From positions 1 to 30,139 of IMG/VR virus record IMGVR_UViG_3300025018_000422: a stretch of 30,139 bases of DNA. One strand, given 5' to 3'. Of this stretch, positions 8,790 to 17,098 are shown piece after piece. The stretch comes from a virus. Its lineage: Duplodnaviria > Caudoviricetes. The position numbers and the translations under genes were made by a program. Under the pieces are notes generated by a model. That model saw only the letters and a list, made by a program, of their open reading frames with translations, searched no databases and was not told the DNA's origin. Position 1 is the first letter of the stretch, and every line of letters starts with the position of its first letter.

Positions 8790-10817
8790 ATGGAATTCTG
8801 TACACGCGAACAAGCTTTAGAAAAATCAATAAAATACTTCAATGGCGACGAATTGGCTGCTGATGTCTTTGTAAAAAAATATGCTCTCTCAAAAGGAGAC
8901 AAGTATTACGAACAAACACCAGATGATATGCATAAACGCTTAGCAAAAGAATTTGCTAGAATTGAAGCAAAATATTCCAATCCGATGTCAGAAGATGAAA
9001 TCTTTAATCTTCTTGCGGGATTTAAATACATCATTCCTCAAGGCTCTCCAATGAGCGGAATTGGAAATGATTTTCAAATTCAATCAATTTCAAATTGTTT
9101 TGTAATAGAATCGCCATATGATTCTTATGGTGGAATTTTAAGAACCGATGAAGAACTTGTTCAAATTTCAAAAAGGCGTGGTGGAGTTGGTTTTGACATA
9201 TCAACTATTCGACCAAGAGGAATGAGAACAAACAATGCAGCAAAAACAACTGATGGCATTGGAATTTTCATGGAAAGATATAGCAATTCAACACGAGAAG
9301 TTGCACAAAGCGGCCGAAGAGGTGCTCTTATGCTCACAATCTCAGTTCACCATCCTGAGATTTTTACATTTGTAAATATAAAGAGAAACCTCAATAAAGT
9401 AACTGGTGCCAATATTAGCATAAGAATATCTGATGAATTTATGCAGGCTGTTGAAAACGATGAAGATTTTGAAATGCGTTGGCCAGTTGATAGTAAAACT
9501 CCTGAAATTACAAAAATGCATTCTGCAAGAGAATTATGGGATTTGATTATTGAAAATGCCCATGCATCTGCGGAACCAGGATTACTGTTTTGGGATACTG
9601 CAAAAAGAATGACACCTTCTGATATTTATGAACTAGAAGGATTTGGATCAGTTAGCACAAATCCTTGTGCCGAACTCATTCTTAGTATGTATGATTCTTG
9701 CAGACTTCTTTTGGTAAATCTTTTGTCTTTTGTTAGCAATCCATTTACAAAAGAAGCATTTTTCAATCTAGAGCTATATAAATCTGTTTGTAAAAAAGCC
9801 CAAAGATTAATGGATGATATGATTGATCTTGAGGTTGAAAAGATTGATAGCATAATCAATAAAATTAAAAAAGATCCAGAGCCAGATCATATCAAAAGGC
9901 CAGAATTAGAACTTTGGAACAAAATAAGAACAACTTGTTTAAATGGAAGGCGAACAGGACTAGGAGTTACAGCAGTAGGCGACGCCTTAGCCGCTCTTGG
10001 AATTCGTTATGGTTCTGATCAAAGCATTGAAACTGTTGAAGAATTTTATAGACACCTTTGTTTAGCAAGTTATACTTCTTCAATTGAAATGGCAGAAGAA
10101 AGAGGTGCATTTGCTGTTTGTAATGTCGAAAAAGAAATGAATCATCCATTTATTTCTAGAATTCTTAAAAGCTTGCCTCAGTCTGTTGTAAAAAAATATA
10201 AAAAATTCGGAAGAAGAAATATTGCCAACATTACAACGGCACCGGCAGGCTCTGTATCTTGTGAAACCCAAACAACATCTGGATTTGAGCCGGTATATTC
10301 TCTTGAATATGGTCGTCGTAGAAAAATGATGCACAATGAGGAAGGAACCCCAGATTTCATTGATTCAGTTGGAGATCGGTGGGTTGAATATAAAGTTTAT
10401 CATCATGGCTATGCAAAATGGATGGAAGTATCTGGTGAAAAAGACGTAGAAAAATCCCCATATTATAAATCCACAGCAAACGAAATTGATTGGGTAAACA
10501 AAGTAAAAATGCAAGCTGCTGCACAAAAGTGGGTTTGTCACGCAATAAGTAATACAACAAATATTCCTGAAGATACTCCTATTGAAGTTGTAAAACAAAT
10601 TTATATGACTGGATGGAAAAGTGGATGCAAGGGAGTTACCGTTTATAGGGACAACTCTAGAACTGGAGTTTTAATAACCAAGAAAGAAACCAAGAAAAAA
10701 TATGAAGTGATTACTGAAGATGGGAATTCTGCCTTATTGAAGGAAGACGATATAGTTGAGTACAATGGCAAAAATACCAAATTGGCTGATCTCATAAAGG
10801 AGTTATCATTTCAATGA
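8790..10817 (+). CDS. nrdJa: class II (adenosylcobalamin-dependent) ribonucleotide reductase, large part
   Basis: SNCFV, RRGGVG, GRRGALM, TNPCAE, GRRTGLG, TTAPAGS and GCKGVTVYRD. No small-subunit gene nearby, and the C-terminal domain is in the next ORF. Confidence 0.88.
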   Translation: MEFCTREQALEKSIKYFNGDELAADVFVKKYALSKGDKYYEQTPDDMHKRLAKEFARIEAKYSNPMSEDEIFNLLAGFKYIIPQGSPMSGIGNDFQIQSISNCFVIESPYDSYGGILRTDEELVQISKRRGGVGFDISTIRPRGMRTNNAAKTTDGIGIFMERYSNSTREVAQSGRRGALMLTISVHHPEIFTFVNIKRNLNKVTGANISIRISDEFMQAVENDEDFEMRWPVDSKTPEITKMHSARELWDLIIENAHASAEPGLLFWDTAKRMTPSDIYELEGFGSVSTNPCAELILSMYDSCRLLLVNLLSFVSNPFTKEAFFNLELYKSVCKKAQRLMDDMIDLEVEKIDSIINKIKKDPEPDHIKRPELELWNKIRTTCLNGRRTGLGVTAVGDALAALGIRYGSDQSIETVEEFYRHLCLASYTSSIEMAEERGAFAVCNVEKEMNHPFISRILKSLPQSVVKKYKKFGRRNIANITTAPAGSVSCETQTTSGFEPVYSLEYGRRRKMMHNEEGTPDFIDSVGDRWVEYKVYHHGYAKWMEVSGEKDVEKSPYYKSTANEIDWVNKVKMQAAAQKWVCHAISNTTNIPEDTPIEVVKQIYMTGWKSGCKGVTVYRDNSRTGVLITKKETKKKYEVITEDGNSALLKEDDIVEYNGKNTKLADLIKELSFQ

Positions 10818-11419
10818 TTAAGAAAATAGACAAAAAAATTATTTTGATAAAAGAAATAAACCCAGAACTTCCTGAGTTTGTTGAATATAGAAGTGCTCCA
10901 AAAAGACCAAATAGTCTTTCTTGTGATATTCATCGGGCAACGATTAAAGGAGAAGAGTGGATTATTTTTGTTGGACTTTTGAACGGAGATCCATTTGAAA
11001 TTTTTGGAGGATTGTCTGATACTATTGAAATACCAAAAAAATACAAAGAAGGAAGAATTATGAAAAGATCAATGAAGTCTGGTGGAAAATACGATCTTTG
11101 TTTAGGAGAGGGAGAAGATGAACTAAGAATAAAAGATATTGTTAAGGTATTTGACAATCCTGACTATTCTTCTTTTACAAGGCTTCTTTCTTTGTCAATG
11201 CGTCACGGTGCTCCTATTGTTTATATTGTTGAGCAATTGCTTAGAGATCGTGAGGCAAATATGTTTAGTTTTTCAAAAGTAATGGCAAGAGTTCTGAAAA
11301 AATATATTATTGATGGAGTTAAACGAGATAGGGCTTGTGAAAGTTGCGGAAGCCCAGAAATGGCATACCAAGAAGGATGCCTGACATGTTTATCATGCGG
11401 ATATGCTCTTTGTGGATAA
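10814..11419 (+). CDS. nrdJb: class II RNR C-terminal subunit (TSCPD-like domain plus Zn ribbon)
   Basis: APKRP, FVGLLNGDPFEIF, TRLLSLSMRHG and terminal CESC...YQEGCLTCLSCGYALCG. ATGA overlap with nrdJa. Confidence 0.85.
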   Translation: MIKKIDKKIILIKEINPELPEFVEYRSAPKRPNSLSCDIHRATIKGEEWIIFVGLLNGDPFEIFGGLSDTIEIPKKYKEGRIMKRSMKSGGKYDLCLGEGEDELRIKDIVKVFDNPDYSSFTRLLSLSMRHGAPIVYIVEQLLRDREANMFSFSKVMARVLKKYIIDGVKRDRACESCGSPEMAYQEGCLTCLSCGYALCG

Positions 11420-11426
11420 ATGAAAA

Positions 11427-12020
11427 ATGAAAATATATTCTTATAAATCTTATGATCAATACCTTAACGAACAAAATCAACACCAAAGAACAAGAGAAAG
11501 AACAATAAAAGCAAAAAAGGAAAGACTATCTGATATTGCAAATATTAAAATTTTATTTCCTAAAATTAAAAATATTTTATGCATTGGATGTCGCCATTCT
11601 TCAGAAATTGAAGATTTTGAAACCAGTGGATTTGAAGCTGTTGGAATTGATCTTTTTCAAGGCAAAGAAAAGAAAATTACTATATGCGATATGCATAACT
11701 TAAACTCTTTATTTACTGATAAGTCTTTTGACTTTGTGTATATGAGTCATTCATTGGAGCATTCATATGATGTTTATAAGGTTCTTGACAATGTTTACAA
11801 TGTGGCAAAAATAGGTTTTTTTGCGGCTTTGCCGGAACAGAAAGAGCCAAATAAAAAAGATCCTACTGTTTTTGATTTTATGGCAAACGAAAACAGAAAT
11901 ATTCAAGATATACAATCTGAACTAAATTCAAAAAAAGAAATGTTTGAAGTTATAAAATATGAAAAAAGAAACGGAACAACAAGAGGAAAAGATTTTTTCT
12001 TTTTTGCCAAAATTATTTGA
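11427..12020 (+). CDS. class I SAM-dependent methyltransferase
   Basis: ILCIGCR (motif I-like), AVGIDL, CDMHNL and FDFVYMSHSLEH. Confidence 0.8.
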   Translation: MKIYSYKSYDQYLNEQNQHQRTRERTIKAKKERLSDIANIKILFPKIKNILCIGCRHSSEIEDFETSGFEAVGIDLFQGKEKKITICDMHNLNSLFTDKSFDFVYMSHSLEHSYDVYKVLDNVYNVAKIGFFAALPEQKEPNKKDPTVFDFMANENRNIQDIQSELNSKKEMFEVIKYEKRNGTTRGKDFFFFAKII

Positions 12021-12059
12021 AAATTTTTTGTTGCAATTCTTCTCAAAATTTTATAACAT

Positions 12060-12362
12060 ATGAACATGAACTACTGCAAAACATGCGGCAATTTTATTTT
12101 TACAAATCATAAATGTCCTCCTTGTTGGGATGTTTGTTTGGCAGAGTTGAAAGATGACGAAGATGAATATTCCCAAATTTATGCATGGGAACCTGATGAA
12201 GCCGCTGCGATTTTTGCGGAGAAAAATGATGAAGGAGAGGAGCCGTCATGTGTTGATGTTGTGGTTCGAGTTGAAGGAAAACATGTGCTCTATGAAGTAG
12301 AGCCTGAATATTCTGTAGATTACTATGCTCGTGAAAAGCCTTGGCCTAATGAAAAGTATTAA
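12060..12362 (+). CDS. hypothetical protein, Cys-rich N-terminus and acidic body
   Basis: CKTC...HKCPPC. Preceded by TATAAC at 12052-12057. Confidence 0.65.
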   Translation: MNMNYCKTCGNFIFTNHKCPPCWDVCLAELKDDEDEYSQIYAWEPDEAAAIFAEKNDEGEEPSCVDVVVRVEGKHVLYEVEPEYSVDYYAREKPWPNEKY

Positions 12363-12707
12363 CCTTTAACCTTGGAACTCTTTCTCCACTGATAACAGCT
12401 CCAATACCGAGCTTTTGTTTTTGGGCCAGGGTTCTCACAATTGTGTCTGGCCCTGAAGTTTTTCCTCCGACCTGGATCATCTCTTTTTATTTCCATGTTT
12501 GGATCTCCAAAACGAACGGTCTTGATATTTCCAGAAGAAGGATCTTTGACATAAACCTTGAATTTTTTTGACTCGCCAGACGTTCTTATTGGCTTGTTTA
12601 AAGGACTTTTTTCTTCTTCGTTTATTTCAATTGATTCAGCAAACTCATCAAGAATTTTCTGATTCAATCATTTCACGAATAAGACTTCTTATTATTGTAT
12701 CATTCAT
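12359..12707 (-). CDS. conserved-looking basic phage protein, with an apparent +1 frameshift near 12648-12667
   Basis: Main ORF 12359-12667 (LNKP.R..KKFKVYVKDP..VRFGDPNM...RRKNFRARHNC..KARYWSC) has only a TTG start. ATG 12707 gives MNDTIIRSLIREMIESENS* in an adjacent frame and is preceded by ATATTTA. Confidence 0.7.
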
Positions 12708-12720
12708 AGGAATAAATATT

Positions 12721-13212
12721 ATGAAAATATCACTTATAGCTGCAATGACACCAGGAAATCATGTAATTGGAAAAAATAACCAAATTCCTTGGAAATTGCC
12801 TTCCGACATGAAAAAGTTTAAAGAACTAACAACAGGGAAAGCCGTTGTTATGGGTCGTAAAACTTATGAGAGCATTGGAAGGCCATTACCAAATAGAATT
12901 AATATTGTAATTACAAGCCAAAAATATAAAGCTGACGGCTTTTTTGTTGCTAATTCAATTGATGAAGCCATTCAAATTGCAAAAGACAATAGCGTTGAAA
13001 ATTTAATGGTTATTGGAGGAAATGGTATATATACAAAATTTATGGATTTTGCTGATGAATTGTTATTAACATTTGTTTTGGAAGCTCTCGAAGGAGATAC
13101 TTGTTTCCCAGCAATTGACAATTCTTTATATAAAATGGTTGAATGCTCAGATCCGCTAAAAGGTGAAAATGACGAATGTTTTCATGTGTTTTGTAAATTT
13201 GAGAAAATTTGA
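12721..13212 (+). CDS. folA: dihydrofolate reductase
   Basis: From ATG 12721: MKISLIAAM, VIGKNNQIPW.LPSD, VVMGRKTYESIGRPLPNR, VIGG and GDTCFP. Confidence 0.95.
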   Translation: MKISLIAAMTPGNHVIGKNNQIPWKLPSDMKKFKELTTGKAVVMGRKTYESIGRPLPNRINIVITSQKYKADGFFVANSIDEAIQIAKDNSVENLMVIGGNGIYTKFMDFADELLLTFVLEALEGDTCFPAIDNSLYKMVECSDPLKGENDECFHVFCKFEKI

Positions 13213-13223
13213 ACAAAAATAAC

Positions 13224-13230
13224 ATAATTA
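13224..13230 (+). promoter_or_regulatory. candidate late-promoter motif ATAATTA
   Basis: Lies 6 nt before ATG 13237. No SD sequence. Confidence 0.4.
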
Positions 13231-13236
13231 CACTAT

Positions 13237-14826
13237 ATGAATCTATTAGAAATCTTTATTCGGGAATTATTAAAGGAAATTGAATTTACTGACTTTCATA
13301 AGATTCAAAATGATATTGTAAATAAAGGTTTGTTGCCTTTTGAAAAACTGTTTGATGGAAGGTTAAGATTTCTTGTTCCATATGTCAGCGAAACAGAAAT
13401 TGAATTAAAAAAAGCTTTAGAGGAAGAGGGATACAGTGTAAATCTAGAAGACTCAACTCTTTCTTATAGTGTTGAAACAAGGGAAAGAGGCCCAGTAGAA
13501 AAGAAGATCAAAATTGGAAAAGTATTGAATAGAAATTCCCAAAAACATAAAAATGAAATTTCAAAAATTTTAAAGTCAGAAGATAAAATATTAAAATCTT
13601 TTAATATGTATAAAGAACAATATTCTGATCCGATTGAAGCAATTTCTTTAGAATATGCAAAGGTTGCCGATAAAGAAAAATATTTGTTAGATACAGGATT
13701 TACAAAAGATTTTATTGACAATATTATGGATTATGATTTTTGGAATTCTTTAAATTTAGAATATAATAATATTGGCAGTGGATATTCTTTATTATTCTCT
13801 AGGGCTCCAATTGATGTTTTGAGAATGTCAGATTTTAAACATATTCAAAATTGTCATTCTCCCCGAATGGAAGGGCGTAAAGCGGGGAAATATTGGGATT
13901 GTGCAATTGAAGAAACAAAATCTGGTGGCGCTGTTGTTTTTGTTGTAAAAAATCAAGACATTAGCAATGTAGACTTAAATGAAAAGGAAATTTTTACAGA
14001 CAAAGCTAGAAAAATAAAAGGGATTAATCCAATAGCAAGAATTAGATTAAGAAACTTTATTATGGTTGATAAGGATAACGAAGAAGTAGAAATTGCAATT
14101 CCAGAAAAAGATGTATATGGTATAGATGTTGGATATGATAAAATCGTAGAAGATACATTCAATTGGTGTCACGAAAAGCAAATTGAAAATTTCGTCGACG
14201 AAGATGGTGACCTTATATTTCCTGACCAAGATGAAATTTCGTTAGCTGGTGGCTTTTATCAAGACACGCCAGCTAGCGTGTTATTAAATAAATTTTTTAA
14301 AGTTGAAAACGAATATAGTGGCTATGTCAGGCTTGAAAATGAAGATCAGATAACATTTGAGGAGCAAGTTGAACAAGAAGCCCAAAATTATTTTGATCGG
14401 ATCTCCAAAAGTTTCAATGAAAATATTGATGTAAATTGGGAGATTGACGGAGAAGGGGATGATGCACATGTTATTTGGTCAGCTTCAATGTTCCTGCCAT
14501 TTCCAAATGATGAAGTTATAATTGTCGGAACAAAAGGAAACGACGCAAAAAGACTTATAAAAGCAATAAATCTTGGAGCAAACGGAGTAATAAATTTAAA
14601 TAACTGGAGTGACATACATGAAACTGATAACACAAATGGTTATGGGTGGATTGTCAAAATAGAAGATGACGAAGGCTCTTCTGGTGATGCTGATAGGTTT
14701 TCTGAATTTTTAAATTATGTGTCCGACGTAAGCTCAGCATACCCAGACATTATGGATTCATTCAATAGCGAGTTTATGAAGATTGAAGATGAGCAGAAAG
14801 AAGAACAAGAAGCTGAACAAGATTAG
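13237..14826 (+). CDS. large hypothetical phage protein with an N-terminal LLEIFIRELLKE leader
   Basis: 529-aa ORF with conserved-looking block SRAPIDVLRMSDF..IQNCHSP...YWDCA.EE...PIARIRLR...PE..VYG and an acidic C-terminus. Confidence 0.75.
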   Translation: MNLLEIFIRELLKEIEFTDFHKIQNDIVNKGLLPFEKLFDGRLRFLVPYVSETEIELKKALEEEGYSVNLEDSTLSYSVETRERGPVEKKIKIGKVLNRNSQKHKNEISKILKSEDKILKSFNMYKEQYSDPIEAISLEYAKVADKEKYLLDTGFTKDFIDNIMDYDFWNSLNLEYNNIGSGYSLLFSRAPIDVLRMSDFKHIQNCHSPRMEGRKAGKYWDCAIEETKSGGAVVFVVKNQDISNVDLNEKEIFTDKARKIKGINPIARIRLRNFIMVDKDNEEVEIAIPEKDVYGIDVGYDKIVEDTFNWCHEKQIENFVDEDGDLIFPDQDEISLAGGFYQDTPASVLLNKFFKVENEYSGYVRLENEDQITFEEQVEQEAQNYFDRISKSFNENIDVNWEIDGEGDDAHVIWSASMFLPFPNDEVIIVGTKGNDAKRLIKAINLGANGVINLNNWSDIHETDNTNGYGWIVKIEDDEGSSGDADRFSEFLNYVSDVSSAYPDIMDSFNSEFMKIEDEQKEEQEAEQD

Positions 14827-14848
14827 GGAATATATTGATTGTAAAATA

Positions 14849-14857
14849 TGCTATACT
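14849..14857 (+). promoter_or_regulatory. extended -10 promoter TGcTATACT
   Basis: Intergenic, followed by a GGAG SD and ATG 14875. Confidence 0.5.
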
Positions 14858-14874
14858 CTTGAAACGGAGCCAAT

Positions 14875-15144
14875 ATGACAGAATATAATCTTAGTGATAA
14901 CGTAATCGCAAACATTGTTCAGCTTATACAGTTAGCAATGGTAACAGGAACAGATATTTCAGATCATTTCAGAATGATTAAGCTTGCTCCTTCGGAGCTT
15001 GTTCCTGGGAAATTAGAATTGGCACAAAGTTATGTCAAATCCCATAAAGATGGAATGGAAAAGCTAATGGAAGCAGCACAGAAGCTTGCGGCCGAGGCAC
15101 AGAAACATCAAGAAAAATCTGAGACTGGCTTTATTACTGAATGA
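14875..15144 (+). CDS. hypothetical protein
   Basis: 89-aa ORF with SD GGAG and an ATGA overlap with the next gene. Confidence 0.75.
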   Translation: MTEYNLSDNVIANIVQLIQLAMVTGTDISDHFRMIKLAPSELVPGKLELAQSYVKSHKDGMEKLMEAAQKLAAEAQKHQEKSETGFITE

Positions 15145-15713
15145 AAACAATAATTGCAGGAAGCCGCGATATTGTAGATTATGGCCTCGTAAAAGAGGCC
15201 ATGAATCGTATTCCATGGGAAGTAAGCGAAATTGTTTCAGGAAAAGCAAAAGGAGTAGACTCTCTTGGTGAACGTTGGGCGTCTGAAAACAATATTTCTA
15301 TCAAGTCTTTCCCTGCTGACTGGGAGACTTATGGAAAGTCTGCCGGACCCATTAGAAATGCACAGATGGCTAAATACGCTGATGCTTTAGTTGCTATTTG
15401 GGACGGCAAAAGCCGCGGAACATCTAATATGATTAATGAAGCCAAGGAGCTTGGATTAAAGGTTGTTATCTTTCTCGAAAGCGAATTGAGAGACAAAAAA
15501 GGAAGCAATCCAATAAAGAATAATCCTGTATTTGGAAAAGAAGCGGAAGAAAGGGCTAAGGGAAACAAGGGAAGCTTGGCCACAAAAAATATTTCTTTTA
15601 ATGGAAAGAATCTTGTTGTTTATGAAGATGAAAGCAAGAATCATCCTATGATTGGCATTCTAATTGAATTGGTAAATGAGGTTCAAAAACTTAAGGGACT
15701 ACATGAGCAATAA
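15141..15713 (+). CDS. SLOG-superfamily protein (DUF2493/YspA-like) with a C-terminal extension
   Basis: KTIIAGSRD, IVSGKAKGVDSLGERWA, PADWETYGKSAGPIRNAQMA and WDGKSRGT..MI. Confidence 0.88.
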   Translation: MKTIIAGSRDIVDYGLVKEAMNRIPWEVSEIVSGKAKGVDSLGERWASENNISIKSFPADWETYGKSAGPIRNAQMAKYADALVAIWDGKSRGTSNMINEAKELGLKVVIFLESELRDKKGSNPIKNNPVFGKEAEERAKGNKGSLATKNISFNGKNLVVYEDESKNHPMIGILIELVNEVQKLKGLHEQ

Positions 15714-16218
15714 ATTTATTGATGTCAGTGATATGTTGACACCCCATTTCGAATGCGGCCCACATTCTCGTCGATGCCTTTTGTCAGCTAATGGCATTGA
15801 TGCATTTTTGATTGAAAATACTAAATCAGGTTTTTCAAAATACTTTGAGACAGAACTTGATAGCGGCTCGAAACATCTAAATATTCCAATAAGGATCAAT
15901 GATTCTATTTCGCCAAATGGCGCACAATATGTTTATAGTTTATTAAAAAACGAATGGCCAACATATAAAAGGTTCGAAGGTAGGCATGAATATTTTGAAA
16001 TTAAAATGCTTGACAACCTAGGTTGTCTTGTAAAGTTATTTAGACTTGATGGAATCAAGATTAATAAATGGTCAAAAAGAAACAATGACATAATTGACAT
16101 TGTTATTTCTTTTGAATCAAATTGTGAAATTTCTGCCCAAACAAAACCTTCTTTAATTGAGGGACTAAAGAAGGTTTGTCGATCATGGGCTTCAAAATGG
16201 CAAAAGTATATGCTATGA
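15703..16218 (+). CDS. diverged tail-tube (T4 gp19-like) paralog, tentative
   Basis: From ATG 15703: DVSDML..FE...R..L...GIDAFL, I.D.ISPNGAQ.V and IKMLD.LG.LV.L..L.G recall large-myophage tail tube proteins (recalled similarity). Confidence 0.55.
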   Translation: MSNKFIDVSDMLTPHFECGPHSRRCLLSANGIDAFLIENTKSGFSKYFETELDSGSKHLNIPIRINDSISPNGAQYVYSLLKNEWPTYKRFEGRHEYFEIKMLDNLGCLVKLFRLDGIKINKWSKRNNDIIDIVISFESNCEISAQTKPSLIEGLKKVCRSWASKWQKYML

Positions 16219-16227
16219 TGTACCAAG

Positions 16228-16317
16228 ATGAATTTGCCGAAGAAGTTTTTTGGATTACATGCTCACACGGGCCGCAGCACTTTTAAATTGAATAGCCATA
16301 CAAGTGATGAAAAGTAG
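16228..16317 (+). pseudogene. orphan copy of the dnaE 5' end (PHP N-terminus)
   Basis: ATG 16228 encodes MNLPKKFFGLHAHTGRSTF, then diverges (KLNSHTSDEK*). It matches the copy at 17137-17178. Confidence 0.8.
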
Positions 16318-17098
16318 AAATAAAAAATGTGAAAATTGCCTATATTTTTTTATTGACGATTCTAAAAGAAATATGTCTAGAACATGTTCTAAAAAATGTT
16401 CGTATGAACTTGGAGTAAAAATAAGAAAAGAAAAAGGATCATACAAAAGAACGTTTGAGCAAAACAAAAAATTATCTAAAACATTAAAGCAAAAATACAA
16501 AAATGGATGGAATCCAAACACACCAGATGTAATTAAAAAATTTATTGAAAGAACAAAAAAAATGAATGAATCTGGTGAACTAAAAAGAAAAGTAGAAGCT
16601 ACATGTTTAAAAAAATATGGAGATGTACATTTTATGAAAACACCTTTCTATAAACAAATGTTTTCAGAAATGTTTTCAAATAGAAAATACTCTCAAGAAA
16701 CTCGTAACAAAATGTCAATATCTGCCCAAAAAAGGCTAAGGACAAAAAAAGAAAGTTTGTACACTTCTGCAAACGGTGGATTTCGAAAAGATCTTGGAAT
16801 GTATTTTAGAAGTGGATGGGAAGCAAATTATGCAAGGTTATTAAAATTCCAAAACAAAATATGGGAGTACGAACCAATTTCATTTAATCTGAAAATTAAT
16901 GGCTCTTACACGCCAGATTTTAAGGTTGGAGATGATTTTTTTGAAATTAAAGGAAAAGTAGAAAAGTCTTTTGAAAAAAAATTAAAAGAATTTAAAGAAA
17001 TATATCCACATATAAATTTATATATAATTTACGAAAAAGAATATCGTCAATTATCAAGAATGTATAAAAAAACAATTTTAAATTGGGAAGGAAAATAA
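16304..17098 (+). mobile_element. free-standing homing-type endonuclease: Zn-finger, NUMOD3-like and PD-(D/E)XK domains
   Basis: CENC...TCSKKC, YSQETRNKMSISAQKR and FRSGWEANYAR...WEYEP..F...YTPDF...FFEIKG. More AT-rich than its flanks and sits between the two dnaE 5' copies. Confidence 0.78.

Noticed and set aside
10800-10830. Split intein or frameshift at the nrdJa/nrdJb junction
   Set aside because: No Cys-initiated N-intein or HN/C end is present, and the ATGA overlap is ordinary coupling.
12568-12720. N-terminal extension of DHFR
   Set aside because: It overlaps the minus-strand gene; DHFR homology starts at ATG 12721.
16215-16286. 23-codon ORF MMYQDEFAEEVFW... coupled to the upstream stop
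   Set aside because: The synonymous divergence pattern identifies the HAHTG frame as the selected one.
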